Shown: positions 1 through 9,749, numbered from the stretch's first letter. The stretch is DNA of 33,748 nucleotides from Lentisphaeria bacterium (GCA_017540385.1 JAFYBD010000096.1:1-33748), one strand, 5' to 3'. Program-made: numbers and translations. Notes: generated from the letters alone by a model not told the origin.

Positions 1-1
1 C

Positions 2-370
2 ACGCAGATTCTGGCCGTGCGCGGCAACTGCGACGCCGACGTCGACCAGTTCCTCCTCAAATTCCCCATCCTCGCCGACTTCTCCGAGATCCTCACCGAG
101 ACCCGGAGGTTCTTCCTCACCCACGGCCATCTGTGGAACGCCGCGAACGTTCCGCCCGTGCCGCAGGGGACCGTGCTCGCCCACGGCCACACGCACATCC
201 CCGAGCTCCGGATTCTCCCGGAGGGCGTCACGCTCTTCAATCCCGGCTCCGTCTCGCTCCCGAAACGGAACAATCCGCCCACGTTCGGGTTCTTCGACGG
301 CGAAAAGCTCTCCGTCCGCAGGCTCGAGGACGGCGCGGTCTTCCTCGCCGAACCCGTGCCCGGAGCCTGA
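2..370 (+). CDS. YfcE/MJ0936-type metallophosphoesterase, 5' end cut by the window edge
   Basis: Frame 2 is open from base 2 (TQILAVRGNCD...). It carries calcineurin-like phosphoesterase motifs RGNCD, THGH and GHTH. TGA stop at 368-370. Confidence 0.8.
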   Translation, partial: TQILAVRGNCDADVDQFLLKFPILADFSEILTETRRFFLTHGHLWNAANVPPVPQGTVLAHGHTHIPELRILPEGVTLFNPGSVSLPKRNNPPTFGFFDGEKLSVRRLEDGAVFLAEPVPGA

Positions 371-451
371 CCGTCGCCGCCGACGGGGGCGCACCTGCGC
401 GCCTTTCCCAATAAAAAGCGGAAAAAATCGCCGAAACGCCGGAAACGGGTC

Positions 452-480
452 TTGACTTTTTCGATGCGCGGGGATACTGT
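452..480 (+). promoter_or_regulatory. putative sigma70-type promoter for the 563-5894 gene cluster
   Basis: TTGACT (452-457), 17-nt spacer, TACTGT (475-480), about 80 nt upstream of the ATG at 563. Sequence match only. Confidence 0.35.
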
Positions 481-562
481 ATAGTGAGAGATTGTCAGAA
501 AACACATTAACCAACCAGAAAAACAACCTGAATTCACACTTCAACAACAAGGACTTCACATC

Positions 563-958
563 ATGATGAAAAAATTCGCCGCTCTCGCCGCCGGCATCGT
601 CACCGCAGCCGTGCTCGCCGCCTGCTCCTCCTTCGAAATCGGCGCCACCCCGAACGAGGTCAAGATCGCTTCCGGCGACTCCGAAGCCATCGCGCACGTG
701 AACGCCGACATCTGGGGAATCTACGTCTTCGGTCTGCCCGTGATCTCCGGCAGCTCCGTCGAACCCGGCAAGTGCGTTGTCTTCAGCGACACCGTCGACA
801 CCAGCAACGCCATCTCGTTCCTGACCCGCAACACCCGCCGCAAACTGAACGCCTCCGCCATCACGGACGTCCAGAGCGAGCGCACCACGGGCTGGCTCGT
901 CCCCACCCTGTTCTTCTTCTATCGCGACATCCAGGTCTCCGGCAACGCCGTGAAGTAA
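563..958 (+). CDS. small lipoprotein, function unknown
   Basis: N-terminus MMKKFAALAAGIVTAAVLAAC has a signal peptide and an LAAC lipobox. The ORF sits in the coding-dense frame. TAA stop. Confidence 0.7.
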   Translation: MMKKFAALAAGIVTAAVLAACSSFEIGATPNEVKIASGDSEAIAHVNADIWGIYVFGLPVISGSSVEPGKCVVFSDTVDTSNAISFLTRNTRRKLNASAITDVQSERTTGWLVPTLFFFYRDIQVSGNAVK

Positions 959-988
959 GGACCTGATAAGAGAGGATCCCCCGGGCCT

Positions 989-1669
989 ATGTCCGAAACG
1001 AAAGGCACAAGCCAGCGTCTGGAAAAAGTGCGGCGCAACATGCTCCGCATGACCTCGCCGGACGGATTCGGCGACGACAAGGCCAGGGGATTCGGCTCGC
1101 TCACCGCCATCAACGTGCCCCCGTGGCTCGCGCGCGCCGACGCGGCGTTCGACCGCGCCGTGACGCTGTTCCGTCTCCCGGATTCCCCGGCGGACGATCG
1201 CTCCCACCTGGTCCGGCTGCAGTTCTGGCGCGACATCCGGTCGCTGCTGCTTGAGGCCGAGGAGAACCTCGCCTCGATCGCCCATGTCTTCGAGACCGGG
1301 GAGGAGCCTCCTTTCGACGTCTCCGTCTATCTCGCGTTCGTGCGGTTCCTGCTTCGCCTGAATACCCAGCTGGTCCTGGCGGCGCGTTCGTGCTCGGAAC
1401 TCCCCGGCGACATCCGCAGTTTCACCCCGCCTGACTTCCCCGAGGGATTCCGCGACGGTCTGCTGGCCGCGGAGTCCATCTTCGCAACCTCGGAATCCAG
1501 CATCCGCAAATTCCTCCTGGAGAGCCTTACGGCGGCTTCCCCCGCCCTCGAGGCCATCCGGTCGCGCGGCCACGGCTCGCTCACGAAAGACGCCCGCGAA
1601 CGCTACACGAGGGCGTTTCAGGCGTTCACCGGCCACTTCGCGCACGTCGGCGAGGAGCCGCAGCCATGA
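989..1669 (+). CDS. hypothetical cytoplasmic protein (226 aa)
   Basis: Longest ORF in this stretch. GAGAGGA lies upstream of the ATG. Its stop overlaps the lepB start (ATGA at 1666). I recognise no motif. Confidence 0.55.
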   Translation: MSETKGTSQRLEKVRRNMLRMTSPDGFGDDKARGFGSLTAINVPPWLARADAAFDRAVTLFRLPDSPADDRSHLVRLQFWRDIRSLLLEAEENLASIAHVFETGEEPPFDVSVYLAFVRFLLRLNTQLVLAARSCSELPGDIRSFTPPDFPEGFRDGLLAAESIFATSESSIRKFLLESLTAASPALEAIRSRGHGSLTKDARERYTRAFQAFTGHFAHVGEEPQP

Positions 1670-2190
1670 GCACGACGAGTGAGCCTCCGCAGGAGGAATC
1701 TACGACATTCGTCCGGCCGCCCAGGAAAACGAACTGGCAGATGATCGCCATCCGTTCGGGCGTCGCCGCGGTCGTCACGGTCCTCGTCTGCGTCTTCCTC
1801 TTCCGCCCCATGATCATCAACGGCGAGAGCATGCAGCCCACCTATTCCGGCCGCGGCTTCACGTTTGCGTTTCTCCCCTATTTCAAGCTCTACAGCCCCC
1901 AGCGCAAGCAGATCGTGATCCTCAAGCACGCCGGGTTCAATACCTTCCTCCTCAAACGCGTGCTCGCGTTCCCCGGCGAGGTCGTCGAAATCCGGAACGG
2001 CGTGCTGTACGTGAACGGTTCCGCCGTGGACGAGCCGTACGTGAAGAACCCGTGCGACTGGAATTTCGCCCGGCACGAGGTCCCGAAAGGAAAGATCTTC
2101 GTGCTCGGGGACAACCGCTCCATGCCCATGCAGCAGCACATGGGCGGCATGATCGACCAGGACCGCCTGGCCGGCGTACCCCTGTGGTGA
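1666..2190 (+). CDS. lepB: signal peptidase I
   Basis: N-terminal TM anchor. Catalytic Ser box INGESMQPT, Lys box LLKRVLAFPGE, and GDNRSMP box. Confidence 0.85.
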   Translation: MSTTSEPPQEESTTFVRPPRKTNWQMIAIRSGVAAVVTVLVCVFLFRPMIINGESMQPTYSGRGFTFAFLPYFKLYSPQRKQIVILKHAGFNTFLLKRVLAFPGEVVEIRNGVLYVNGSAVDEPYVKNPCDWNFARHEVPKGKIFVLGDNRSMPMQQHMGGMIDQDRLAGVPLW

Positions 2191-2197
2191 ACCGGAC

Positions 2198-2746
2198 ATG
2201 GCCACAGCGCGTTTCGGCAGGCTTCAGTGGATCGAACTTGCGGTCGTCGCGTCTCTGACGCTCGCAGCAGTCTGGTTCTTCTTCCTCCGCACCGACGACG
2301 CATCCAGGGTGCGCGCGCGACTGCGCGAAGCCGTGGAGTTCGCGGAGAAACAGCCGAAGGGCTCCGGGTTCAACCTCCAGAACGTCGGCGCGTCGCATTT
2401 GGTCGGCGACTTCTTCACGGAGCAGACCGACGTGGAGATTTCGGGCGAGTCCCGGGGCGATGTCTACACGCTCGCGGCCGCAACGCGCGCCCAGATCATC
2501 TCCTCGTATTTCATGCTGCGGCCCCTGCTCGCCTCCCTCTCCGTGAGCCTCGCCGAGATCGACGTGACGTTCGCCGACGATTCGCACAAGACCGCCACGG
2601 TGAAGTGTTCCGCCATGGCCACCGGCACGACCGTGAACGGCGACCGTTACCGCGAAGGCAGGCTGATCTCCGCCGAGATGGTCCTGGACGACGGCGAATG
2701 GAGATTCCGCAGCCTCCGGGCCGATCCGGTGGTGTCGTTTCATTGA
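2198..2746 (+). CDS. membrane-anchored hypothetical protein (182 aa)
   Basis: One N-terminal TM helix (WIELAVVASLTLAAVWFFFL) followed by a soluble domain. Placed tightly between lepB and rmuC. Confidence 0.55.
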   Translation: MATARFGRLQWIELAVVASLTLAAVWFFFLRTDDASRVRARLREAVEFAEKQPKGSGFNLQNVGASHLVGDFFTEQTDVEISGESRGDVYTLAAATRAQIISSYFMLRPLLASLSVSLAEIDVTFADDSHKTATVKCSAMATGTTVNGDRYREGRLISAEMVLDDGEWRFRSLRADPVVSFH

Positions 2747-2797
2747 GGCGGAACGCGCGCGCAGCAAGTTCAATCGCAAACCAGGGAGTTTGACAGC

Positions 2798-4345
2798 ATG
2801 TTGGAAGCTATTCTAGGCGGTCTCGCAGGGTTCCTGCTCGGCTCGGCCATCCTTTATTTGTGGGCGCGTGCCCGGGTGAAGACCGACGCCGCGCGCATCG
2901 CCGAACTCGAAGCGAAAGCGGTCCGGCTCGACGACGCGACCGCTGACAAGGTCCGGGCGGAAAGCGTGCTCGAGGCCGAACGCGACCGTCATGCCGTCGA
3001 GCTCGAATCCGCGCACCGTCAGGCCGAATCGCTCCTGGAGGCCGAGAAACAGAAAGCCGCCGCCGTGCTGGATGCGGAACGCCGTCAGGCAGCCGCTTCG
3101 CTCGATGCGGAACGCCGGAAAGCCGCCGCCGAACTCGCCGCGCTTCGCGACGCCCACGCCGAACTCGAAAAGGTCACGAAGGAGCGCACCGACAATCTCC
3201 GGCTCGAGTTCAACAAGCTCACCGAATCCATCCTCAAACAGCGCGAGGAATCTCTCCAGACCGCGAACGCGAAACAGATCACCACGCTCCTGAGTCCTCT
3301 GCGCGAACAGCTCGCCGAGTACCGCAAGGCGGTCGAGGACGCGCGCGTCGACCGCGCGAAGCTCCACTCCGCCCTGAAGGTCCAGTACGAATCCCTCGCG
3401 AAGATGACCGAGAAGATCGGCGCGGACGCGAACAACCTCGCGCGCGCCCTGAAGGGCGAAAACAAGACCCAGGGCGACTGGGGCGAAATGATCCTCGAGA
3501 CCATCCTGAAGGATTCCGGGCTCGTGAACGGGGTCCATTACGAGACCCAGGCCACCCTGCGCGCCGAGGACGGCCAGCTCCTCAAAACCTCCGACAACCA
3601 TACCCTCCGCCCCGACGTGGTCGTGCATTACCCCGACGGGAAGGACGTCGTGATCGACAGCAAGGTCAGCCTGTCGGCGTTCACCGATTACGTCAACGCC
3701 GAGGACCCGGCGGAGAAGAAGGCCGCGCTCGACCGGCACGTCCGCAGCGTCCGCGCCCACGTGGACGAACTCGCGAAGAAGAACTATCCCGAGTTCATCC
3801 GCGGCCGCGACGCCGTCGAGTTCGTCATCATGTTCATCCCGAACGAACCCCCGCATCAGGCCGCCATGCTCGCCGCGCCGACCCTCTGGCGCGAGGCGTT
3901 CGACCGGCACGTCCTCATCGTGAGCCCGGTCAACCTGATGGCGCTGCTGCAGATGATCCGCGTGGCATGGACCCGCGAAGAGCAGGCGCGGAACCAGAAG
4001 AAGATCCTGGAGACCGCGTCGCTGCTGCTCGACCGCGTGGTGCGGTTCCACAAAGTCTTCGAGGACGTCGGGACGAAGCTCAACGCGGCGCGTCAGAACT
4101 ACGACCAGGCGGCAGCCGCGCTGACCGGCAGGATGAGCGTCGTCGGCGCGGCGCGCAAGCTCCACGAGCTCGGCGTCTCCTCCAAAAAACATGCGAAACT
4201 CCCCGACCGGTTCTATACCCCCGACCTGCCCGACAGTTCCCTCCCCGAGGAACCGGAGGGCGACCGCGAAGCGTTGCCGGCCCCGGACGACTCCGGTGAA
4301 ACGCCCGGCGCCGCAGACCCGACATCAACCGAACATCAGGAATGA
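2798..4345 (+). CDS. rmuC: DNA recombination protein RmuC
   Basis: N-terminal TM helix, a long Ala/Glu coiled coil, then an RmuC nuclease core: GDWGEMILETIL, RPDVVVHYPDGKDVVIDSKVSL, FMFIPNE. Confidence 0.9.
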   Translation: MLEAILGGLAGFLLGSAILYLWARARVKTDAARIAELEAKAVRLDDATADKVRAESVLEAERDRHAVELESAHRQAESLLEAEKQKAAAVLDAERRQAAASLDAERRKAAAELAALRDAHAELEKVTKERTDNLRLEFNKLTESILKQREESLQTANAKQITTLLSPLREQLAEYRKAVEDARVDRAKLHSALKVQYESLAKMTEKIGADANNLARALKGENKTQGDWGEMILETILKDSGLVNGVHYETQATLRAEDGQLLKTSDNHTLRPDVVVHYPDGKDVVIDSKVSLSAFTDYVNAEDPAEKKAALDRHVRSVRAHVDELAKKNYPEFIRGRDAVEFVIMFIPNEPPHQAAMLAAPTLWREAFDRHVLIVSPVNLMALLQMIRVAWTREEQARNQKKILETASLLLDRVVRFHKVFEDVGTKLNAARQNYDQAAAALTGRMSVVGAARKLHELGVSSKKHAKLPDRFYTPDLPDSSLPEEPEGDREALPAPDDSGETPGAADPTSTEHQE

Positions 4346-4352
4346 CCGCATC

Positions 4353-5894
4353 ATGAAACAATTCGCCGTATTTGTCTGTCTTTTCGTATTCTCCGCACTC
4401 GCGACGGGAGCCCAGCCGGTCACGGCCGACTCCTGGACTCTCGCAGCCCGGGACGGCACGCTGGCGCTCTCGCTCATTCTGCCCGACGGCGCACACGCCT
4501 ACGAAGCCTCGACCGGCCCGGCGCTCCCGGACGGCGTCGCGGCCGTCTCCGCCCCGGAGGCGAAACAGGAGATCGATGCGCTCACCGGCGAGCCCGATTC
4601 GTTCTTCGTGGGCCCGGCCGAGCTGCATTGGCTCCTGCCGCCCGAAGCCGCGCCGGAGGGCGCTGTCCATGTCCGCTGGCAGGTCTGCGTCGGCGAAATG
4701 TGCTACGCGCCGGGTTCCGCCGACCTCGCAGTCCCCGGTGCCGAGCAGAAGCCGGCCCCGTCCGAAACGGAAACGGCCGAGCCCGCGAAGACCGCCGACG
4801 TCCTGCCGTTCACGCTTGTGCGTTCCGCCGACGGCTATCTCCCGGCCGACCGGTTCGTCGGCTTCCTGAACGGCGATGCGAAGTATTCGGCGTTCACGTT
4901 CGCCGGACGCGGATTCCTGATGATGCTCCTGCTGGCGATCCTCGGCGGCGCGGCTCTGAACCTGACGCCGTGCGTGCTGCCGCTGATCCCGGTCAATCTG
5001 GCGATGATCGGGGCGGGCAAGGCGTCCGGCAACGGCCGGTTCACGCGCGTGTGGCACGGCGTGGCCTACGGCGGCGGCATCACGGTCACATACGGGCTGC
5101 TGGGGGTGATCTCGGTGCTGATGGGGACCACGTTCGGCGGCATCGATTCCAGCTGGGTCTTCAACGCGGCCGTGGCGGTGATCTTCGTCGTGCTCGCCCT
5201 CGCGATGTTCGAAGTCTTCTCCATCGACTTCTCCGGGCTCGGGTCCTCCATCCGGCTCCCGGAATCCGCGCATTTCGGCGGCATCTTCCTGATGGGCGCG
5301 CTGTCCGCGATCCTGGCCGGGGCGTGCGTCGCGCCGGTCCTGGCCGCGGCACTCGTGCAGACCGCGAAAATGGTCGCGCACGGGGATTATTACGGCCTGT
5401 GCCTGCCCTTTGCGCTCGGATTCGGCATGGCGCTGCCGTGGCCGATTGCGGCAGCCGGATTCGGGCTCTTCCCGAAACCCGGTCGCTGGATGATGCGCGT
5501 GAAACAGCTCCTCGGCGTGGCTATCCTGGTCCTCGCGGGGTATTACGGCTGGACCGCATGGACGCTCTTCGCCGACGGCCGGGCGGAAGCCGCCGGGATG
5601 GCCTCCGCGACCGAAACGACCGGAGCCACCGGGGAAATCAACGCCGCGCTGATCGAATCCGCCGCGACTTCGAAACCCGTCCTGCTCGACTTCACGGCGT
5701 CGTGGTGCAAGAACTGCAAGGCGATGGATCTGACGACGTTCCAGGCCCCCGAAGTCAAGGCGGCGCTGGACGACATGATCTTCGTGAAGGTCCACGCGGA
5801 GAAACCCTCCGCACCGGAGACCGCCGCATTGATGAAGCTCTTCGAGGTCCCGGGGCTCCCGGCCTACCGCATCATCCGCCCGAAGGAAAACTGA
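4353..5894 (+). CDS. dsbD: thiol:disulfide interchange protein DsbD-like (N-terminal domain, CcdA-type membrane core, C-terminal thioredoxin)
   Basis: The ATG at 4353 gives signal peptide MKQFAVFVCLFVFSALATGAQ. Motifs: QVCVGEMCYAP (DsbD N domain), LNLTPCVLPLIPV (TM Cys), LLDFTASWCKNCK (Trx CxxC). The track's 4191 start adds an Arg/Pro-rich stretch that overlaps rmuC. Confidence 0.85.
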   Translation: MKQFAVFVCLFVFSALATGAQPVTADSWTLAARDGTLALSLILPDGAHAYEASTGPALPDGVAAVSAPEAKQEIDALTGEPDSFFVGPAELHWLLPPEAAPEGAVHVRWQVCVGEMCYAPGSADLAVPGAEQKPAPSETETAEPAKTADVLPFTLVRSADGYLPADRFVGFLNGDAKYSAFTFAGRGFLMMLLLAILGGAALNLTPCVLPLIPVNLAMIGAGKASGNGRFTRVWHGVAYGGGITVTYGLLGVISVLMGTTFGGIDSSWVFNAAVAVIFVVLALAMFEVFSIDFSGLGSSIRLPESAHFGGIFLMGALSAILAGACVAPVLAAALVQTAKMVAHGDYYGLCLPFALGFGMALPWPIAAAGFGLFPKPGRWMMRVKQLLGVAILVLAGYYGWTAWTLFADGRAEAAGMASATETTGATGEINAALIESAATSKPVLLDFTASWCKNCKAMDLTTFQAPEVKAALDDMIFVKVHAEKPSAPETAALMKLFEVPGLPAYRIIRPKEN

Positions 5895-5925
5895 TCCCCC
5901 TCTTCTCCTCAAACCGCCCGGCAGG

Positions 5926-7341
5926 TCAGGTCGGGCGATTGCTCTTCGCGCACTTGCAGGAACGTCCCATTCCCACGGGACGCCGCGGGCCGACGTTGAC
6001 GCGTTTGCCCCTCAGCCGAGCCCGGATCTCGTAGACGTAATACACCATGAGCATCACGCCGGTGATCGTCCAGGTGATGCCGGAGGCGAAGCACGCTCCC
6101 GTGTAGCCGAACCATTTCGCGAGGTACACGGCGGTAAAGATGCGGCTCAGCGTTTCCATCGCGCCGCCCAGCAGCGGGATCAGCGAACAACCCATTCCCT
6201 GCAAAGTATTGCGGAAGATGAGGATCATCCCGAGCGAAATGTACGCCGGAGCCACCGTGTAGATGTACTGGCGGCCCGCCCGCAGGATGTCCGGCGACGC
6301 CTTCACGTCCAGGAACATCTGCAGGAGCTGCGCGCTGAACACCATCATCAGGATCGCCCCCGTGACCGCCACGAACGCCGTGATGAGCCAGCCGCTGCGC
6401 ACGCCCACCAGGATGCGGCGGTAATTGTTCGCGCCGCTGTTCTGCGCGGCATACGCGGCCAGCGTGGTCCCGATCGCGAAGAAGGGAATGCAGATCAGAC
6501 CCTCCAGGCGGCTGGCCGCCGTCGTAGCCGCCACCGTGTCCGAGCCGAACTGGTTGAACGCGCTCTGCAGGATCACGCAGCCGACGCCTGTGACCGAGAA
6601 CTGCAGCGCCATCGGCACCGCCACGCGGAGGTGTTCCCAGTAGTATTTCAGGTCGAACCGCCAGTCCTCGCGGCCGTGCGGGATCAGCTCGGGGAATTTT
6701 CTCAGGATGATGAGCAGGCAGATGAGCCCGGACAGGAACTGCGAGATCACGGTCGCGACGGCGGCGCCGGCCACCTCCATCCCGAGCACGCAGACCAGGA
6801 AGAGGTCCAGCGCGGCGTTCAGGAACGACGAGAACACGATCACGTACAGCGGACGGCGGCTGTCGCCCAGCGCGCGCATCAGGAACGACATCAGCAGGTA
6901 GAACGTCATGGACGGCGTCCCGACTACGATGATCCGCAGATACCGCAGCGAATCAGCCAGGATGTTCTCCGGCGTGTTCATGGCCACCAGGATCGGCCGC
7001 AGATACGCCAGGAAGATCAGAGTGACCGCCGCCACGAGCGCGGAACACAGCACCACGGATGCGCAGAACGACCGCCGGACCCCGACGGCGTCCTTCGCGC
7101 CGAACCGCTGCCCCGTGATGATCGTGAACCCGGCCGGAAGCCCCCAGAAGAACCCCAGGAGCATGAAGATCACCGAACCGGCGTTGCCGACCGCGGCCAG
7201 CTTGTCCGGGCCGCACCATCGCCCCACGATCATGGAGTCGACCATGCTGTACAGCTGGTTGCAGGCGTTTCCGATCGCCAGCGGGATGGAAAATAACAGG
7301 ATGATTCTGAGGGGATTGCCCCTCGTCAGGTCTTTCGCCAT
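5926..7341 (-). CDS. MATE family efflux transporter
   Basis: N-terminus MAKDLTRGNPLRIILLFSIPLAIGNACNQLYSMVDSMIVGR is typical of MATE/NorM. About 12 predicted TM helices, 471 aa. Confidence 0.85.
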   Translation of the reverse strand: MAKDLTRGNPLRIILLFSIPLAIGNACNQLYSMVDSMIVGRWCGPDKLAAVGNAGSVIFMLLGFFWGLPAGFTIITGQRFGAKDAVGVRRSFCASVVLCSALVAAVTLIFLAYLRPILVAMNTPENILADSLRYLRIIVVGTPSMTFYLLMSFLMRALGDSRRPLYVIVFSSFLNAALDLFLVCVLGMEVAGAAVATVISQFLSGLICLLIILRKFPELIPHGREDWRFDLKYYWEHLRVAVPMALQFSVTGVGCVILQSAFNQFGSDTVAATTAASRLEGLICIPFFAIGTTLAAYAAQNSGANNYRRILVGVRSGWLITAFVAVTGAILMMVFSAQLLQMFLDVKASPDILRAGRQYIYTVAPAYISLGMILIFRNTLQGMGCSLIPLLGGAMETLSRIFTAVYLAKWFGYTGACFASGITWTITGVMLMVYYVYEIRARLRGKRVNVGPRRPVGMGRSCKCAKSNRPT

Positions 7342-7380
7342 GATCGCCCCGGGTCTTGCAGTTGAAAAAAGACAGCTAAT

Positions 7381-7408
7381 AATATAGCACTCTAATCCTT
7401 TTTTTCAA
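7381..7408 (-). promoter_or_regulatory. putative promoter of the MATE gene (extended -10)
   Basis: Minus strand reads TTGAAA (7408-7403), 16 nt, TGC-TATATT (-10 hexamer 7386-7381), about 35-40 nt upstream of the ATG at 7341. Confidence 0.5.
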
Positions 7409-7507
7409 CCGGAAATCGTCACATTGCGTCGCACCGCCCGAAGCATCGGCCCTGTCGCCCCGGGCGGAGAGCGGACAAAAAACACCGCGCCAGACTAACG
7501 TCTGGAC

Positions 7508-7540
7508 TTCCGTAGTGCCGTGCTGCGCGACGGCACGGGG
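7508..7540. repeat. REP-like 33-bp hairpin repeat, copy 1
   Basis: TTCCGTAGTGCCGTGCTGCGCGACGGCACGGGG is identical to 7606-7638. It contains a 7-bp stem, GTGCCGT/ACGGCAC. Confidence 0.8.
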
Positions 7541-7605
7541 TATATCAAGATATAAAAATACCGCGAAACCAACTTGTGGTCTCGCGGCAAAGCTGGCGCT
7601 TTGAG

Positions 7606-7638
7606 TTCCGTAGTGCCGTGCTGCGCGACGGCACGGGG
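7606..7638. repeat. REP-like 33-bp hairpin repeat, copy 2, immediately 3' of rplQ
   Basis: Perfect copy of 7508-7540. It starts 8 nt downstream of the rplQ stop on the minus strand. It could act as a terminator or stabiliser hairpin, but there is no U-tract. Confidence 0.8.
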
Positions 7639-7645
7639 AAAATCG

Positions 7646-8098
7646 TCACTCGGCCTTGGCTTCTTCGGCCTTGGGAGCCTCTTCCGCCTTGGCGGCCTTT
7701 TTGGCCTTCACGGGCTCGTTGAGGAGCTGGATGAGGCACATCGGGGCGGAGTCGCCTCTGCGGGCCGGCATGTGGATGATACGGGTGTATCCGCCGGGAC
7801 GATCGGCGAAACGCGGTCCGAGTTCGTCGAAGAGCTTGTTCAGGACGAGCTTCTTGGTCTGGGCGAATTCGGAGGGGGTGTTGATTTTCAGCTTGGCATA
7901 AGCGAGACGGCGCTTGTGTTCGCCGCCGGCCTTGGCCATGGTGATGAGACGTTCCACGAAACGGCGGAGTTCCTTGGCGCGGATCGTGGTGGTCTGGATG
8001 GATTCGTGTTCGATGAGGCTGCAGGCCAGGTTGACCAGCATTGCCTTGCGGTGACCGCAGTTGCGGTTGAGTTTAGCAGTATGTACGAGATGGCGCAT
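7646..8098 (-). CDS. rplQ: 50S ribosomal protein L17
   Basis: MRHLVHTAKLNRNCGHRKAMLVNLACSLIEHESIQTTTIRAKELRRFVERLIT is canonical L17. Carries a Lys/Ala/Glu-rich C-terminal tail. Confidence 0.95.
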   Translation of the reverse strand: MRHLVHTAKLNRNCGHRKAMLVNLACSLIEHESIQTTTIRAKELRRFVERLITMAKAGGEHKRRLAYAKLKINTPSEFAQTKKLVLNKLFDELGPRFADRPGGYTRIIHMPARRGDSAPMCLIQLLNEPVKAKKAAKAEEAPKAEEAKAE

Positions 8099-8104
8099 GA
8101 TAGA

Positions 8105-9133
8105 TTAGCCTTCCGCTTTGTTCTTCGCGGCCTTGGCACGTTCGGCCTCGGCGAGGATGGCGGTTTCGAGTTCTTCGGAGAGAGTCATTCCGAGGGTGAG
8201 GTTCAACGTGGCGAGCTTTTCCTTGATTTCGTCGAGGGACTTCTTGCCGAAATTGCGGTACTTGAGCATCTTGGACTCGGTCTTCAGGCAGAGTTCGCCA
8301 AGGAGCTTGATGTCCGCGTTGTTGAGGCAGTTCTGCGCGCGCACGCTGAGCTCGAGGACGTCGACGTCCTGGGTCAGGAGCTTGAAGCGCTTCATGTCCT
8401 CTTCGGAGATCGGGTTGTACCCGTCGGGCTCCGCGGCGTGGCTGCCGAGGAAGGGGCGGAGATGATCCTTCAGGATCTTCGCGGCCTTCTCGAGGGCGTC
8501 GGGCGGAGTGACGCGACCGTCGGTGTGAATCTCAATCGTGAGGCTGTCCATTTCGGTTTCTTCGCCGACGCGCGTGGCGCTCACCTGGTAACGGACGTAG
8601 GTGATCGGGCTGAAGAGGCAGTCGATCGGAATAGTTCCGAGGGGATGATCGGGACGTTTGTTGCGTTCGGCGGGCTGCCAGCCGCGCCCCTTGGAGACTT
8701 CGAGTTCGCAGCGGAACGGGACGTCCTTGTCGAGGGTGCAGATGATCTGGTCGGGATTGAGGATCTCGACGGTGCCTTCCGTGATGATGTCGCCGGCGGT
8801 GACGGGGCCGGCTTTTTTCTTGCGGATCTCGAGCGTCTTGACCTGATCGGAGTTCAGATTGAGCTTGACCTTCTTCAGGTTGAGGATGATCTCGGTAACG
8901 TCTTCAATCACATGGGGGAGCGTGGAGAACTCGTGGGACGTTCCGTCGAAACGGACCGCGGAGATGGCTGCACCCTCGAGGGAGGAGAGGAGCACTCTGC
9001 GGAGGGCGTTGCCGATGGTGTGACCGAACCCGCTCTGGAAGGGAGCGGCGGTGAACTTGGCATAGGTGTTCGACGCGGTTTCTTCGTCCACGACGATACC
9101 ATGGGGCATCGGGAATGTGAAAACAGAAGCCAT
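8105..9133 (-). CDS. rpoA: DNA-directed RNA polymerase alpha subunit
   Basis: FGHTIGNALRRVLLSSLEGAAI in the N-terminal domain. C-terminal domain has LELSVRAQNCLNNADI...NFGKKSLDEIKEKL. TAA stop. Confidence 0.95.
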   Translation of the reverse strand: MASVFTFPMPHGIVVDEETASNTYAKFTAAPFQSGFGHTIGNALRRVLLSSLEGAAISAVRFDGTSHEFSTLPHVIEDVTEIILNLKKVKLNLNSDQVKTLEIRKKKAGPVTAGDIITEGTVEILNPDQIICTLDKDVPFRCELEVSKGRGWQPAERNKRPDHPLGTIPIDCLFSPITYVRYQVSATRVGEETEMDSLTIEIHTDGRVTPPDALEKAAKILKDHLRPFLGSHAAEPDGYNPISEEDMKRFKLLTQDVDVLELSVRAQNCLNNADIKLLGELCLKTESKMLKYRNFGKKSLDEIKEKLATLNLTLGMTLSEELETAILAEAERAKAAKNKAEG

Positions 9134-9230
9134 ATTGAAAAACCTCCGGAGTTGGATTTGACTGGTTTATCGGTTCGGGGTCATGTTGGGGAGCCGGAAG
9201 ACCGGCGCAAACAGGAAACCTCGGGAACCG

Positions 9231-9689
9231 TCAGACACGGCGGCGTTTCGGGGGTCTGCATCCGTTGTGGGGCACCGGGGTGATGTCCTTGATGCAGTTG
9301 ACTTCCATGCCGGTGGAAGCGATACCGCGGACGGCGGATTCACGACCGGCGCCGGGGCCCTTGATGCGGACTTCGACGTCCTTCATGCCGAAAGCCTGGG
9401 CTTTCTTGGCGGCGTCGGCGGCCACGACCTGAGCGGCGTAGGCGGTGCTCTTGCGGGAGCCCTTGAAGCCGTTCTTGCCGGAGGTGGACCAGGCGATCAC
9501 GTTGCCGTGAAGGTCGGTGAAGGAAACTTTGGTGTTGTTGAACGTGGCGTGCACGAACGCGATTCCGCTGGGGATGTAGCGGCCGGTTTTCTTGCGCTTG
9601 TTGTCAACCGCAGCAGTCTCGGCGGCCGGAGCAGCGGCTTCGGCGGCTTCCTGAGGAGCAGCGGCGGTTTCTTTGATTTCGTCAGACAT
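9231..9689 (-). CDS. rpsK: 30S ribosomal protein S11
   Basis: [30 protein letters not shown]...[13 protein letters not shown]. Ala/Glu-rich N-terminal extension. Confidence 0.95.
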   Translation of the reverse strand: MSDEIKETAAAPQEAAEAAAPAAETAAVDNKRKKTGRYIPSGIAFVHATFNNTKVSFTDLHGNVIAWSTSGKNGFKGSRKSTAYAAQVVAADAAKKAQAFGMKDVEVRIKGPGAGRESAVRGIASTGMEVNCIKDITPVPHNGCRPPKRRRV

Positions 9690-9749
9690 GATAGATCGAT
9701 GACCTTTTTGTTGATTCGTGTTCTGATGCGTGAACTGATCTCAGACGGA

